A stretch of 64,000 nt of DNA, taken from positions 62,001 through 126,000 of IMG/VR virus record IMGVR_UViG_3300044644_001125. One strand, written 5' to 3'. Position numbers and translations under genes: made by a program. Shown here piece by piece: positions 10,030-21,119 of this stretch. Every line of letters begins with the position of its first letter. Position 1 is the first letter of the stretch. The notes under the pieces are model-generated. The model made no database searches and was not told the DNA's origin. It saw only the letters and a list, made by a program, of their open reading frames with translations.

Positions 10030-11219
10030 GAATGAGTGATTTGCTACTAGAAGACGCAAAACCCAAATTAACTGAAAGAACCTTGGGTGGTTTTCCAGTT
10101 ACAAAATCATATGGTGCTATTCCAGATGCACCGGAAGATGACGTCGATGAAGCATTGAAAATTGGTGATGCAAGAACTAAAACCATCCCAACCGATGTAA
10201 TGCAAGGTAGACTTAATAGAATCCACAATAGAAACAAAACACTAACAGATAAAAAGAAACCAATCATTCATCGGAGTAACTTGGTTGCTACTAAAAGTGA
10301 TGACCCAAATGATAGATGGGATCTTAATGATCTAGCACAACAAATCATGACTAGACCTAGACAACTCATCAGTTCAAATGCTAAGATGAAATCGAGTATC
10401 ATTAAAGGTCAAGAAAAGTTATATGATATTACACTACCTGCACTTAGTGGTATTGTAGTTGATGAACAAACACATGAATTCGTAGAAGTGAATACATGTC
10501 CAGCTGCAGGTGTTTGTCAGAAGTATTGCTTTGCAAGAAAGGGTGGATATGTTCAATTCCCAGCTAGTAGTATGAATGCAGCTAAAACACTCAACTTCTT
10601 AGTTAATGATCCAGATGGCTATTTTGCTAGAATAGCAAGAGACTTAGCATCACTTGGTACTGGTAGAGTTACCAAGAAGCTACAGATTATTGTAAGATGG
10701 CATGATTCTGGTGACTTCTTCAGTATGGATTACTTCCAACGTGCAGTTGATTTAGCAAAACAATTTCCAAACATTGAATTCTATGCTTATACTAAATCAG
10801 CTAATGTAGCAACAAGTTCAGATACACCTGATAACTTCATCATCAACTTCAGTGATGGTGCAGCTAACAAATCTACTGAATTAGTTCAAAAACACATTGA
10901 TGCAGGTAACCACATCAAACACGCTAGGGTTATTCCAAAAGATGTTTTTGATGATCTAGTACTAAAAGATAATGAAGGTAAATTAGTTAAAGATAATCTA
11001 CACAGAACACAACTAAGATCACCAGCTGCTTGGGATATGCTAAAACAAAGATTGGCAAAAAGATTCAACGTTGATGTAGATACAATTATTTCCTATGATG
11101 AAATGCTCAAAATCCCAAAAGGTACAGAACCCAAATGGCGAGTAATTGTTCAAGCTGGTGCAGGTGACAGAGCAGCAAATCGCAGAGATGTTATCGATTC
11201 ATATCTTCTCATTCATTAA
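10026..11219 (+). CDS. Gp88-like Fe-S (radical-SAM-like) protein with capsid-targeting-like N-terminus
   Basis: TCPAAGVCQKYCFA, RWHDSGDF, FYAYTK; starts MRMSDLLLE. Confidence 0.7.
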   Translation: MRMSDLLLEDAKPKLTERTLGGFPVTKSYGAIPDAPEDDVDEALKIGDARTKTIPTDVMQGRLNRIHNRNKTLTDKKKPIIHRSNLVATKSDDPNDRWDLNDLAQQIMTRPRQLISSNAKMKSSIIKGQEKLYDITLPALSGIVVDEQTHEFVEVNTCPAAGVCQKYCFARKGGYVQFPASSMNAAKTLNFLVNDPDGYFARIARDLASLGTGRVTKKLQIIVRWHDSGDFFSMDYFQRAVDLAKQFPNIEFYAYTKSANVATSSDTPDNFIINFSDGAANKSTELVQKHIDAGNHIKHARVIPKDVFDDLVLKDNEGKLVKDNLHRTQLRSPAAWDMLKQRLAKRFNVDVDTIISYDEMLKIPKGTEPKWRVIVQAGAGDRAANRRDVIDSYLLIH

Positions 11220-11331
11220 TATGACAGACGAACAATTCAAGACCTTCCTGATAGTAGCAGTGGTTTGGTTCATGATATTATTTGGTCAAAAAGCAGTCTA
11301 GTATGCGCAGGACGGCAGTCCTGTGCAACAG

Positions 11332-11355
11332 TAGGGGAGACGAGTCTCCCTTTTA
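11332..11355 (+). terminator. Intrinsic terminator
   Basis: GGGAGAC-GA-GTCTCCC followed by T-run. Confidence 0.55.
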
Positions 11356-11447
11356 ATTTCCACTGTATTTTGTTCTTGTTTCACCACGCACACTAAAAGA
11401 TGAGCATCCAGCATGCTCCTACAACCGTATCTACCGTATAAAGCTAA

Positions 11448-12209
11448 TCAAACTATAGTGAATAAGTTTGCAAACATGTTTCCTGTCGAGCCAACCGCTC
11501 CTGTCCAAACTGCAGAACTATTGTGCGATTCGATCCTATCGGCTATCACAGCAGCACGCTGTGCTGACGTCGCTGGTTTGTACATACCAAACCTTGACAA
11601 ACTCCCAGCGTTCACTGCAGCGTTTGTACTGTCAGCTGACGATAACGGTAATTTGGTAAACACTGCTGTATTTAACATTCGCAAACCATGCAGTTTACAC
11701 CTAGGCCTACCTTGAGAATCACAAGCAACCGCCATCGCTTCATCCATTCTGTCCCACCACTTATCAGTATTTGGAGTGGCATACTCACCAGAACTTCCTA
11801 ATGCAACAATCTCAAAATTCTCAACTAACCACTCAAGATATTCTAAAGATTCATGCAAATGCCAAACTGGAACACCCTTTGCCCTTGTCCCCGTTCTAAT
11901 CCATTGTAATACCCAGGCTTTGTTGTCAGCCTCAGTCCCATCAATGATATCTGGAATCAATGCCCAATCAAATCCAGGGTGACGATACAACGTATGCACC
12001 CAATTCAAATAAGCATCAAAATCTATTCTACCAGATCCCTTCTTCCAATGGGAAAATGCACCGTTGTCTAAACAAAATGTCTGACAAAACTCAAGCACCG
12101 GTCCTACATCGTCCTGACGACCAAATGGGATCAACGCATGTCGTCCTACTAAAAACCTAGCAACATCCTGCCTGCTACCTCCAACTGGGGTACCATGATA
12201 ATGTATCAT
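11448..12209 (-). CDS. TGT/queuine-tRNA-ribosyltransferase-like TIM-barrel protein
   Basis: HYHGTP, LDNGAFS, PDII, PVWH, LHGL, SADST motifs. Confidence 0.6.
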   Translation of the reverse strand: MIHYHGTPVGGSRQDVARFLVGRHALIPFGRQDDVGPVLEFCQTFCLDNGAFSHWKKGSGRIDFDAYLNWVHTLYRHPGFDWALIPDIIDGTEADNKAWVLQWIRTGTRAKGVPVWHLHESLEYLEWLVENFEIVALGSSGEYATPNTDKWWDRMDEAMAVACDSQGRPRCKLHGLRMLNTAVFTKLPLSSADSTNAAVNAGSLSRFGMYKPATSAQRAAVIADRIESHNSSAVWTGAVGSTGNMFANLFTIV

Positions 12210-12710
12210 TCTTATTCTCTCGTTTGTAATTATGCCGTATTTATGAACACGCTCCTACTACCCTAAAACACGATAAAATTCTATTTTTCATCACAATCCC
12301 GGCGGACAATTGGCAGGGTTCAGGCCTCAGATGTTCTGATATTCACGGCCGTGAACGGCCTAAAAGATAATGCTGCGCGGTTCAGGCCGTGCCCAATCTA
12401 GTTTATGGTTACTCACAGTGAAAAGGTACAGCCTCTGCATTTTCTGGGCGGCCAGAATTTTTCAATTTGGATTCTACAGTAGAGTGCATTGGTTTCTACG
12501 GTCTCCAATATGCAAAACCCACTAAGGGTACTCTATATTGTTTACCGTGAAGTCGATTGTAGAGTTTATGGTAAAGTTCACCATTGACACTGTCAAGAGC
12601 AGTTGGCAGGGTCTGATTCAATTGGGTATAGAAGGTTCAGGCCTCAGCGGTTCTGTATTCTAAAGGCGAATTGATCTAGGGTTTAGGCGCGAGGTGTTCG
12701 GATTGTTGGT

Positions 12711-12780
12711 TTATTGTAGGTTTATTGTAGAGTCGATTGTAGAGTCGATTGTAGAGTCGATTGTAGAGTCTATTGTAGGT
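12711..12780. repeat. Tandem 12-bp repeat (ATTGTAGAGTCG and variants)
   Basis: About 3 exact plus degenerate ATTGTAG units, read directly. Confidence 0.85.
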
Positions 12781-13097
12781 TAATTATCTTTTAGGATAGA
12801 TCTATTGTAGATCTATTATCTTTTAGGGTGCAGGCCCGAAAAAGGGTACGGTTTCTCAAAAATCGAGCCGCGTAAAAAATACAGGGTAGGTACTTATGAA
12901 ATAGGGGGTACCGTTTTCCAACCCCCGCACCCGTATATACACCCGTATATTATACCACACCTTTTTGCACCTTGTCAACCTTTTTTTCTTTTATTTTCGA
13001 GTCGAAAGTGCTTGACATTTTGCGCGAGCTGTGCTAACCCTTTTTTGCCCGAACGAGCTGCTACCACGTTTTGCCGTGCTTGTCAAGTCTTACCCAC

Positions 13098-13129
13098 ATA
13101 AAAAAAGACTTGACATAATGTCAAGTCTA
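13098..13129 (-). terminator. Intrinsic terminator closing the early array
   Basis: AGACTTGACA/TGTCAAGTCT inverted repeat with A7 on + strand. Confidence 0.6.
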
Positions 13130-13265
13130 TGAGTTTAACCCTTTAGTGGTTATCTGTTTTAACTGGTAGCCTATACCGTTTCAATGTATAGGCTTAAATC
13201 GTTCATAATTGCCTTTTAAGGCGTGATAGACTGATAAGTAATACCAGTCTATCACTCTATGCGGT

Positions 13266-13832
13266 TTAGGCGTGTAACGCGGTTTTAGCGTTCAAATTCA
13301 ATTCCATTTTATTTGCTTTAATCGCTGTAATGTTTTCGATTTTGATAGTACGAACAATGGTAGAATGAATCACGTCATTTGTTTTATTATATACAAGGCT
13401 ATTATCGTTCAATAGCTTTTCACGTTCACTAGGTGTTAAGTATTGTGAAACAGTCATTTTGTCTACTTCAATACCGTCTATTGTATAGACTGATTTACTG
13501 GCATTGTTAAAGATAGCGTACAGGTAAGCCGTGCCATTAGTTTTATGATTAACGATTGAAAAGCAAGTTTTATCATGTTCAAAATATGTATCGCTTACTT
13601 CAAAATTATTGATTGATTGCCCGTCAATTTTGTTTGCTGATTTAATCACGGCACGTTGATAAACTTCAAAATCTTTGAGTGTACCGAATAGCGTTACATT
13701 GGCTTTAGACTGTTTCATGATTTTAATATCTTTGAATTTAGCCGCTGTTTTAACTTGCGTAGTGTATTCAATGCTAGCAAACGTGCTACCATTAGCGATT
13801 AAAGATTTTACTGTTTCGATGATTGCTTTCAT
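13266..13832 (-). CDS. Early hypothetical protein
   Basis: 188-aa ORF with own promoter. Confidence 0.75.
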   Translation of the reverse strand: MKAIIETVKSLIANGSTFASIEYTTQVKTAAKFKDIKIMKQSKANVTLFGTLKDFEVYQRAVIKSANKIDGQSINNFEVSDTYFEHDKTCFSIVNHKTNGTAYLYAIFNNASKSVYTIDGIEVDKMTVSQYLTPSEREKLLNDNSLVYNKTNDVIHSTIVRTIKIENITAIKANKMELNLNAKTALHA

Positions 13833-13980
13833 GATAAGTTACCTATTTTTAGTGATTAAGTGATTTTGCCCGTTAAGCGTTTTGCTTAACTTGTGGCATA
13901 TTCTACAGCAATTCACGGCAATGTCAAATTATTTTGAGCGAGCTGGTATTCAATCCATTGAATACCAGTAAATTCGCGGT

Positions 13981-14715
13981 TTAGGCTTTAGTTTGATATT
14001 TTCTGTTTGCATCAATTACGGCTTTAGATACTTTTGTTTTGCCCGTGCCATGCGCTGTAAAGCCAATAATGACGCGGTTTTGCGTTCTATCCTTTGCGCA
14101 TAACATACAGTTAATGCACTGGATTTTTTCGTTATATTCATTAGGGCATTGCACCACTTTAACGTCATCAATCTTTTGTACTTTAGGGCTATTCAATGGC
14201 ATAACTAAAACCGCGTTAATGCCATTATCTAAAGCCGTTTTTGCTTGTTCAATGCTTTCACAGCTCGCGTTAACGTGTAAGCCTTGTTTGAATGCTGATT
14301 GAAAAGCAATTAAATTGCTTTCAATGGTTAAATCATGATGACTGTAAAGTATTGTGTTTAATTGACGTTTAACGATAATATCAACTAATTGATTGAATAA
14401 ATCAACTAAAATAGTTTGGTCTTTATGTGGTAAATCACCCATAACATTTAGGCGTAATTTTGCGCTTTTATCCATGTGACGTATGTTAGATAACAAGGCT
14501 TTAAAGTCTAATCCTGTTTTATCCAATTTACGCCATTGGATACCAGTATAGCTATAATCAGCATAACACCCGTTTAATTGCATTTTAACCGCGTCTACGA
14601 TAACGGTTTTAATGAAAGGGCATGAAGTAGGGCATGAATCACTTGACGTGCTAGTAACTGCAATGTTACCTGTTTTTGAATTTTGAGATACCGCTGTAAA
14701 TGAATAATTAAACAT
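13981..14715 (-). CDS. Gp88-like Fe-S protein
   Basis: NSKTG, CPTSCP...GCYA, RLNVMGD, CP...CINCMLC, GFTAHG. Confidence 0.65.
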   Translation of the reverse strand: MFNYSFTAVSQNSKTGNIAVTSTSSDSCPTSCPFIKTVIVDAVKMQLNGCYADYSYTGIQWRKLDKTGLDFKALLSNIRHMDKSAKLRLNVMGDLPHKDQTILVDLFNQLVDIIVKRQLNTILYSHHDLTIESNLIAFQSAFKQGLHVNASCESIEQAKTALDNGINAVLVMPLNSPKVQKIDDVKVVQCPNEYNEKIQCINCMLCAKDRTQNRVIIGFTAHGTGKTKVSKAVIDANRKYQTKA

Positions 14716-14883
14716 GGTTTGAATCCTGTAGTGCTTTTGTTAAGGTGGGTATAGTTTAACGGTTTGTTGCTACCATGTCAAATTTATTTTTGCATAACGC
14801 ATTATACGCGTATAGGCGTATATCATTACAGCGGGTAACGGGCGTTTTATGCTGATTTAACGCCCGTCACAGCTCGTTCGAGC

Positions 14884-15204
14884 TTAGATACCGTACTCGC
14901 GTATTGTGTACAATTCTGATTTTGTTTCGATTGCCTTGTAATCACCAAACGCAATGCTAGGATTAGCAAAGGATTCGCTGGCATCGTCATAAGCGGCTTT
15001 AGCACGTTCTACATTCGACCAAAATGACGATGATTCGAGTTTGATTGACGCGGTTACGATACCGTCTGTTTCACTGATTGCATCAGCATCATAGAACGAC
15101 CAATCGCCTAGATTAAAAGACAATTCTACATTGTCCCATAAATCAGCAGGTACTTCTACAACAAAGTTTACAACGTAGGTTAAGTTTTGATTATTCGCGT
15201 TCAT
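14884..15204 (-). CDS. Early hypothetical protein
   Basis: Start moved to MNANNQ after AGGA SD. Confidence 0.7.
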   Translation of the reverse strand: MNANNQNLTYVVNFVVEVPADLWDNVELSFNLGDWSFYDADAISETDGIVTASIKLESSSFWSNVERAKAAYDDASESFANPSIAFGDYKAIETKSELYTIREYGI

Positions 15205-15292
15205 GGTATGAATCCTATAAAGTGTAGTGAAAAGAGCAAGCCGTTTGACTTGGTGCATATTCTACACGAATTACACACCAAGTCAAATCTTT

Positions 15293-15586
15293 TTACGCTG
15301 GTAGGCGATAACGTGGAACGTCCGTGTATTCGCTTAGGACAGACCACCCATATTGCAGGACAGGCTCTTCACGTTCTGATACTTCGCCACTGTAGGCATT
15401 GGTAACGGTGGTAGACCAAACAGGCTCGAAAGCCTGCCATTTTGTCCATGCTTTTGCATAACCATTGTAGGCATAGGCACGTTGAAACCATGCGCCTGTA
15501 GCAGATAGCGCGACTTCTACGTTTACGCCAAAAGTGTTTGAGCCACCAAATGCGCGTACTGCTTTCACTGTTTTTGATGTTGCCAT
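15293..15586 (-). CDS. Early hypothetical protein
   Basis: Cassette promoter and GGAG SD. Confidence 0.75.
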   Translation of the reverse strand: MATSKTVKAVRAFGGSNTFGVNVEVALSATGAWFQRAYAYNGYAKAWTKWQAFEPVWSTTVTNAYSGEVSEREEPVLQYGWSVLSEYTDVPRYRLPA

Positions 15587-16020
15587 GATGTTTACTCCGT
15601 AGTGCTTTGTTAAGGTGGGTATATTCTAAAAGATAATTAAACTATTGTCAACCTCTAAATTCATATACGCGTATACACGTATAGGCGTGTATACTCACAG
15701 CGGGTACTGGTAGACTTCACGCCTACCAGCTCCCTCGGATTGGTTAACTATCGCTGTTGATGTATACCCATTCAGCGTATAACTCTTCTATTGTTGTGCC
15801 GTACTTCAATTCTAGTTTTTCTTCTTTGTTTAGTTTTTTCGCATACTCTTCGATTGTTTTGATTTCAGTTGGCACTGCGTATATTTTACCTTGGAATTCA
15901 ACAGATGTAGGTTTATTAGAATTGTCGTAGTGTAGGATTGGTTTCATTGTCTTGTTTCCTGTAGTGCTGTTTAGTGAGGTTATAGTCTAATGGATTATAA
16001 CCTCACTGTCAAATTTATTT

Positions 16021-16368
16021 TTAATCTAGTCTACTGCAAGCATAAGCGTCGATACCGTTATCGCGTAAGACTTTGGCGTATGCTTGTGCGCCTGCTTCGA
16101 GTGTATCCACGTTTTGAACGTGAAGTCTGCTAGGATTCCATAACTCAAAGCATTTTGAGGTATAACCTTTATCGAATCCTAGACTTTCCAATTGTTTACC
16201 TAGTTTGCTATTGGCACGAATGCGTTGTTCAATGCGAACCCAAGCGAAACCGCAGGCGAATCTATCAACACCACCTAGTTTGTTGATAAAGTATTCGCGT
16301 GCCGCAGTTTCAGCGGCTAATGATGCTTGTGTGTGGATTGCTGTTAAGTCTAAAGTTGTAGTAGTCAT
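16021..16368 (-). CDS. Early hypothetical protein
   Basis: CGFAWV...SRLD phage-type small protein; cassette promoter. Confidence 0.75.
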   Translation of the reverse strand: MTTTTLDLTAIHTQASLAAETAAREYFINKLGGVDRFACGFAWVRIEQRIRANSKLGKQLESLGFDKGYTSKCFELWNPSRLHVQNVDTLEAGAQAYAKVLRDNGIDAYACSRLD

Positions 16369-17024
16369 TTTAAATGTCCTGTAGTGCTGTTGTTTAGTGA
16401 GGTTATAGTCTAATGGATTATAACCTCGATGTCAAATTATTTTTATTCGAAAGATAAAGCAATCGTAATACCGTTTTTGGTAGCTTTGCCAGCAGTGCGT
16501 ACTTTGCTTTGTAATTGCATTGCTTGTGCTGTTTGGCTTGCTGTATAGCCACCACCGCAGACTTGTAGGCAGACTGCCGCGAGTGCATCGATTGGGTGTT
16601 GTGTTTTGAAGTTAGGTTTTTTAGTAACTGTGATGTAGGTTGTCATTGCTTTGTTTCCTGTAGTGCTTTGTTAAGGTGGTGATAGTTTAGTTGATAACTA
16701 TCACCTTGTCAACCATTATCTTTTAATTAAGTTTATAGTAATGTTCCACGGCTAACCCATTACCAGCACCGCAATCGAATAATTCGGTACGGCATGATAG
16801 TACATTATCTTTGAGTAATTCGTGAAACGCGGCGGTTATTTGCTTATCTAATTGAACCCATTTATTGAAATCAGTTCTGAATGCGTGATGATATTCTGCT
16901 AAAGTCCAGCAGAATTTTGACGCAGATACTTCTGTTTGTTTGGTTAATGCGTCAATGATTAGTGCTTTCATGGTGTTTACTCCGTAGTGCTTGTTAAGTT
17001 GGGTATAGTCTAAAAGATAATCGT

Positions 17025-17291
17025 TTAGCTGTCAACACTTTTATTTTGTCGTTCACGGCTTGCCATAGCCATCAGTGAGAAGTTGCTACATTTATCTTCC
17101 CAGCGTAGTAAATCCGCCACTGCGTAGCGTATGTGTTCTTTTTTGTACACTCTAATTTCTTGGTTTACCGCACCATTAGCAAATACTCTAACGTTCCAAC
17201 CTTTACCGATTCGTCTAACGGTGATTTCATGATGACACCAACCTAGACCTATTCGAGCTGGTGTTATGATTTGTTCTAATTTTATTTTCAT
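17025..17291 (-). CDS. Early hypothetical protein
   Basis: Cassette promoter and SD. Confidence 0.7.
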   Translation of the reverse strand: MKIKLEQIITPARIGLGWCHHEITVRRIGKGWNVRVFANGAVNQEIRVYKKEHIRYAVADLLRWEDKCSNFSLMAMASRERQNKSVDS

Positions 17292-17424
17292 AATGTTTAC
17301 TCCGTAGTGATGTTAAGTTGGGTACATTATAAAGGCGAATGTACCTAATGTCAACTCTATTTTTGCCTATACGTGCGTATATGGGTATAATGCGCGTATA
17401 GGCTTGCGTACTCACAGCGGGTAC

Positions 17425-17637
17425 TCAGTATCTGTGACGTCTTGCGTATCGTCTTTTATCGTAGTAGCCTCTGCGATAGTCGCCATATCGATAATGCGGG
17501 ACATAGTTATACTCTTTGAGGTATACTGGATGGCCCGGAATGTAGGTGGTGTCTGTTTCATAGATTGGATAGGTTGCCTCATAGACAGGGCCAGCAGTAC
17601 AACCAGTGAGCAATAAGATTAAGATATATTTTAGCAT
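17425..17637 (-). CDS. Small putative lipoprotein
   Basis: MLKYILILLLTGC lipobox. Confidence 0.55.
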   Translation of the reverse strand: MLKYILILLLTGCTAGPVYEATYPIYETDTTYIPGHPVYLKEYNYVPHYRYGDYRRGYYDKRRYARRHRY

Positions 17638-17904
17638 GATAGTCTGATGTGGTCGATGGTTTCGTGGACTGTTAAGGTTTCAGTAATTAAGTTAATCACG
17701 GTGCCGTTTTCCAGTGGTTTAAGTGATACGATGTATTTTGTGTTAATATAGATCGTTTCGTGTTGTTCGTTGGTAACTGGTAGTAGCATAAGGATCCTTT
17801 TGATTATGGCTCGTCACTAACGTGACTCGCTAGGTTATATGTGTATGTATATGTGTATAATTACCCGCGTGAATGGCGTACACTCACAGCGGGTAATGTG
17901 GATT

Positions 17905-18327
17905 CTAAAGTAAATCGTGGATATGGTAGCAATTTTGGTAGAAGTAAGGTAGTTTAGTTTTACCTACTGATTCGTTTTCTACACGAAACTCGTAGAAGTA
18001 ATCGTCATAATCGTCTGTGTTAGATTCTTTAGTTGGTTCGTACTCCCAGAATGTCACGATGCCGCTACCAGATACGGTTAGGTAGTTTGCCCATGATGGT
18101 GCTGGTGAGTCGGTTATATCGGCTAGTGCTAGTGGCAATTCGATGACTGTTGGTTTGGTCACAGGTGTGAATGATTCGCCTAGATACGTTGAACTTGACA
18201 TACTGAACACGTCATCACTGATAATCCATGTTTCACCGTAGTGTGCATTGACTTGATTGTCTTTGATGCTAATGAATAACGCGCCAGTTGGGATTGTGCT
18301 TGTGTCGATTACTTCGTATGCTTTCAT
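17905..18327 (-). CDS. Early hypothetical protein
   Basis: Cassette promoter and SD. Confidence 0.7.
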   Translation of the reverse strand: MKAYEVIDTSTIPTGALFISIKDNQVNAHYGETWIISDDVFSMSSSTYLGESFTPVTKPTVIELPLALADITDSPAPSWANYLTVSGSGIVTFWEYEPTKESNTDDYDDYFYEFRVENESVGKTKLPYFYQNCYHIHDLL

Positions 18328-18408
18328 GGTCTTTGCTCCGGTAGTGCTTGTTAAGTTGGGTATAGTTTAATCGTAAATTGACGAACTGTCAAGCATTATC
18401 TTTTAGAA

Positions 18409-18540
18409 AAAGAAAAACCTAACAGAGCACTACTTCTGTTAGGTTGTTTCAGTGGTGGTATACTAGGGTCACTACTCCCACATTGACCACCTTGTTACTG
18501 GGCGTTGGTTAGGTTTCCATGCCCAGTGGATTTGCACTAC
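18409..18540 (-). ncRNA. Candidate sRNA/3'-UTR RNA with AGUAGUG loops ending in a terminator
   Basis: Hairpin 18416-18445 (loop AGTAGTGC, U-tail); hairpin 18454-18491 (loop AGTAGTGA); further GTAGTGC at 18534-18540. Confidence 0.55.
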
Positions 18541-18987
18541 ACTTTGAATTTTGGGTTTGTTTTGCCAATGGTTGCCGCGCTTAGTAGCTGGATTGTTTTG
18601 TTGTCGAATCCGAGCTGTTTGGCTAGGTCTTTGACTGTTTCTTTTGGTTTAGTGGGTTTGTTCATTTGGCAGTGCCTATTTGTGTTTTAAGGGGTGTACA
18701 AGGCTCGCGCGTTGCGCTCGCGAGCCTAATGTTTATAAACCTTTTAATAACTGGTTTACTACTGGTTTTAAATCGTCTTGTAGGTTATCTAGTTCTAATT
18801 GGTATTCTAAACTTTCGCTGTATTGTTCTAAATCTCTTACTACATAGTCAAGTAATCTCATTCTACCTTCTAGGGTTAGGACTTCGTACATATCAATGGT
18901 AATTGGACTGTAGTTACTCATGGGTAGTGCCTCTTTGTTTTGTTAAGGTGGTGCTATTCTAAAAGATAATTAACGCACTGTCAAGTA

Positions 18988-19599
18988 TTATCTTTTAGTT
19001 AGAATCAATCTAATGTCTTTCTTTTCTGGGGTATAAGCCCAAACTCGTTGGTCGAAGTCGTAGTCTTCTTCACCGTGGTGTAGTTTAACATTGGTTTCTA
19101 GTATGGTGTTAGTTGCAATGTCTACGATGTCTACTTGGTATTCTTCTAGGTTGCTAAACATTTTCCAAAGTTTTCTCGCGCCATAGTATTGTTCTTCGCC
19201 ACCCATTAGCGTATAACCTGCGTCAATTAGGCTCATATAGCTACCTGATGCAATGCCACGTCCATATTGGTTATCGACAACCTTGACTGCTTTAACGCTT
19301 AGTATGTTACTATAGTGTTCAAAGTTTGGCATTTTTTCAAGGCTAATTTCACCAGATACTTTAAACTTATCCTTTATAGTTTTGTAGTTCTTATCGATGT
19401 CTTCAGCAAAGAACCCGACAACAAACTCATAAGAGTTGTTTAGTTGATAGCGTTCCATTACGCTATCAGTCGTGTTTACAGTTCCAACAAAGGTATATTT
19501 GCTTTTCATTACACCCATTGTTATATCTGAATAGGCTAGTTGGGTATTCCATTCACCGTATCGTGCGATTGACATTTCTGTTAAGTCTTTTATTCTCAT
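18988..19599 (-). CDS. GNAT-like acetyltransferase
   Basis: VKVVDNQYGRGIA acetyl-CoA motif, ARKLW; N-terminus MRIKDLTE. Confidence 0.6.
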   Translation of the reverse strand: MRIKDLTEMSIARYGEWNTQLAYSDITMGVMKSKYTFVGTVNTTDSVMERYQLNNSYEFVVGFFAEDIDKNYKTIKDKFKVSGEISLEKMPNFEHYSNILSVKAVKVVDNQYGRGIASGSYMSLIDAGYTLMGGEEQYYGARKLWKMFSNLEEYQVDIVDIATNTILETNVKLHHGEEDYDFDQRVWAYTPEKKDIRLILTKR

Positions 19600-20924
19600 G
19601 GTCGTTCTCTTGGTTACAAGGCTCGCCTACGGCTCGCAAGCCTTGTATTGAGTTATCTTTTAGTTATCTATCGCCAACTGCTTCGTTATGTAGTTGTTTA
19701 ATGCGTTCGTCTGTTTCGATGGCAAAGTAACTTTGTAAAATGCTTTTTAAGTATCCAACGTCTTCTAAACAGGTATCTAGTGCATCATCGACTAATTCGT
19801 CTATTAGTTGTTCAATATTCATGGGTAGTGCCTCTTTGTTTTGTTAAGGTGCGAGTAGTATATAACTACTCGCTGGGTTTGTCAATTGTTTTTTATTGGT
19901 CTTCTAGCATTAAGTCTTCAAGGTTTGTAACTAAGCCGTCAAAGTCTTCATCTGGGCCGAGTGTACTTGCGTAGAAGAAGACTGTTTCGCGGTCGATGCC
20001 GAAGTCATCTGCTAGGTTGTTCAAGTAGTCTTTGCGGTTTTTGTAACCTTCTTCAGTGTAAATGCTCATAGGTAGTGCCTCTTTGGTTATCTTGTAGCGG
20101 TATTGCTACAAGGTGGTTATATTCTAAAAGATAATTGATTTACTGTCAACTGTTTTATTGTACTGGTTTGCCATTTTCGTCATAGATACCAGTACGGTTG
20201 TGCATTTCGTCATAGTTGTCTAGGCATTCATTGATTTTGTCGTTGTTGCCTTTGTAGAGTGTTTTACAGAAACCCACTTGATAGCCTACTGTTGGTTCTA
20301 CTGCTCTATAGATAAAGTAAGCACTTGTTAAGGTGATTACTGATAATATGATTGATGTTATGATTTCTTTCATTGTTTTTCTCTGTTCGGTTAAGGTGGT
20401 GATAGTTTAATCGTTTATCACCACCGTGTCAAATCTTTTTTATGCGAAGTCTTTAACTAATTCTACTTCGGTTGCGTATGGGAAGAACTGCTCGAATAAC
20501 TCGTTTGCTTTGGTCGATGACTCTGCGTTGATTACCAAGGTTTCTTCAGTGCCGTACATACCAATGTAGTGGTATTGATATGGGAATAGTTCTTTCATTT
20601 GTAGTGCCTCTTGGTTTTGTTAAGGTGGGTACAGTATAGTTGTTCTGTACCCAGTTGTCAACTATTATTTTGATTGGCAGGTTGCCGCGTATCCGATTAA
20701 ACCTTCTTCTAGTGCGTGGTTTAATGCTGGTGTAATTTGTGCTTTGTAGGTTTCGCATTCAGCAGTGGTTGTGAAGTTACGCGCCACATTAGTTGGTGTG
20801 TCGTTGTTCATGTCAACTGGTGTGAAGTAAAGTGATACGAGTAAGATAATCATTTTGTTTGTCCTGTAGTGCTTTGTTAAGGTGGGTACATTGTATTCTC
20901 AATGTACCCAGTTGTCAACTCTTT

Positions 20925-21119
20925 TTATCCTATTGCTTGCACTAAGTATGCGTAGGTGATTTCTTTCTTCGTGCCTTTTGGTAATCCTAGTAGCTGGCAA
21001 GCTACTGTGTTTGCTGATTTTCCACGACCTTTCAATCCTTTGATTTCTAATCCAAGTGCTGATTTCAAGGTTAATAATTGGAATCTGCTGATTTGTTCTG
21101 GTGTAGTTAATGCGCTCAT
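20925..21119 (-). CDS. Small early protein (copy 1)
   Basis: Near-identical to 38032-38226. Confidence 0.8.
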   Translation of the reverse strand: MSALTTPEQISRFQLLTLKSALGLEIKGLKGRGKSANTVACQLLGLPKGTKKEITYAYLVQAIG

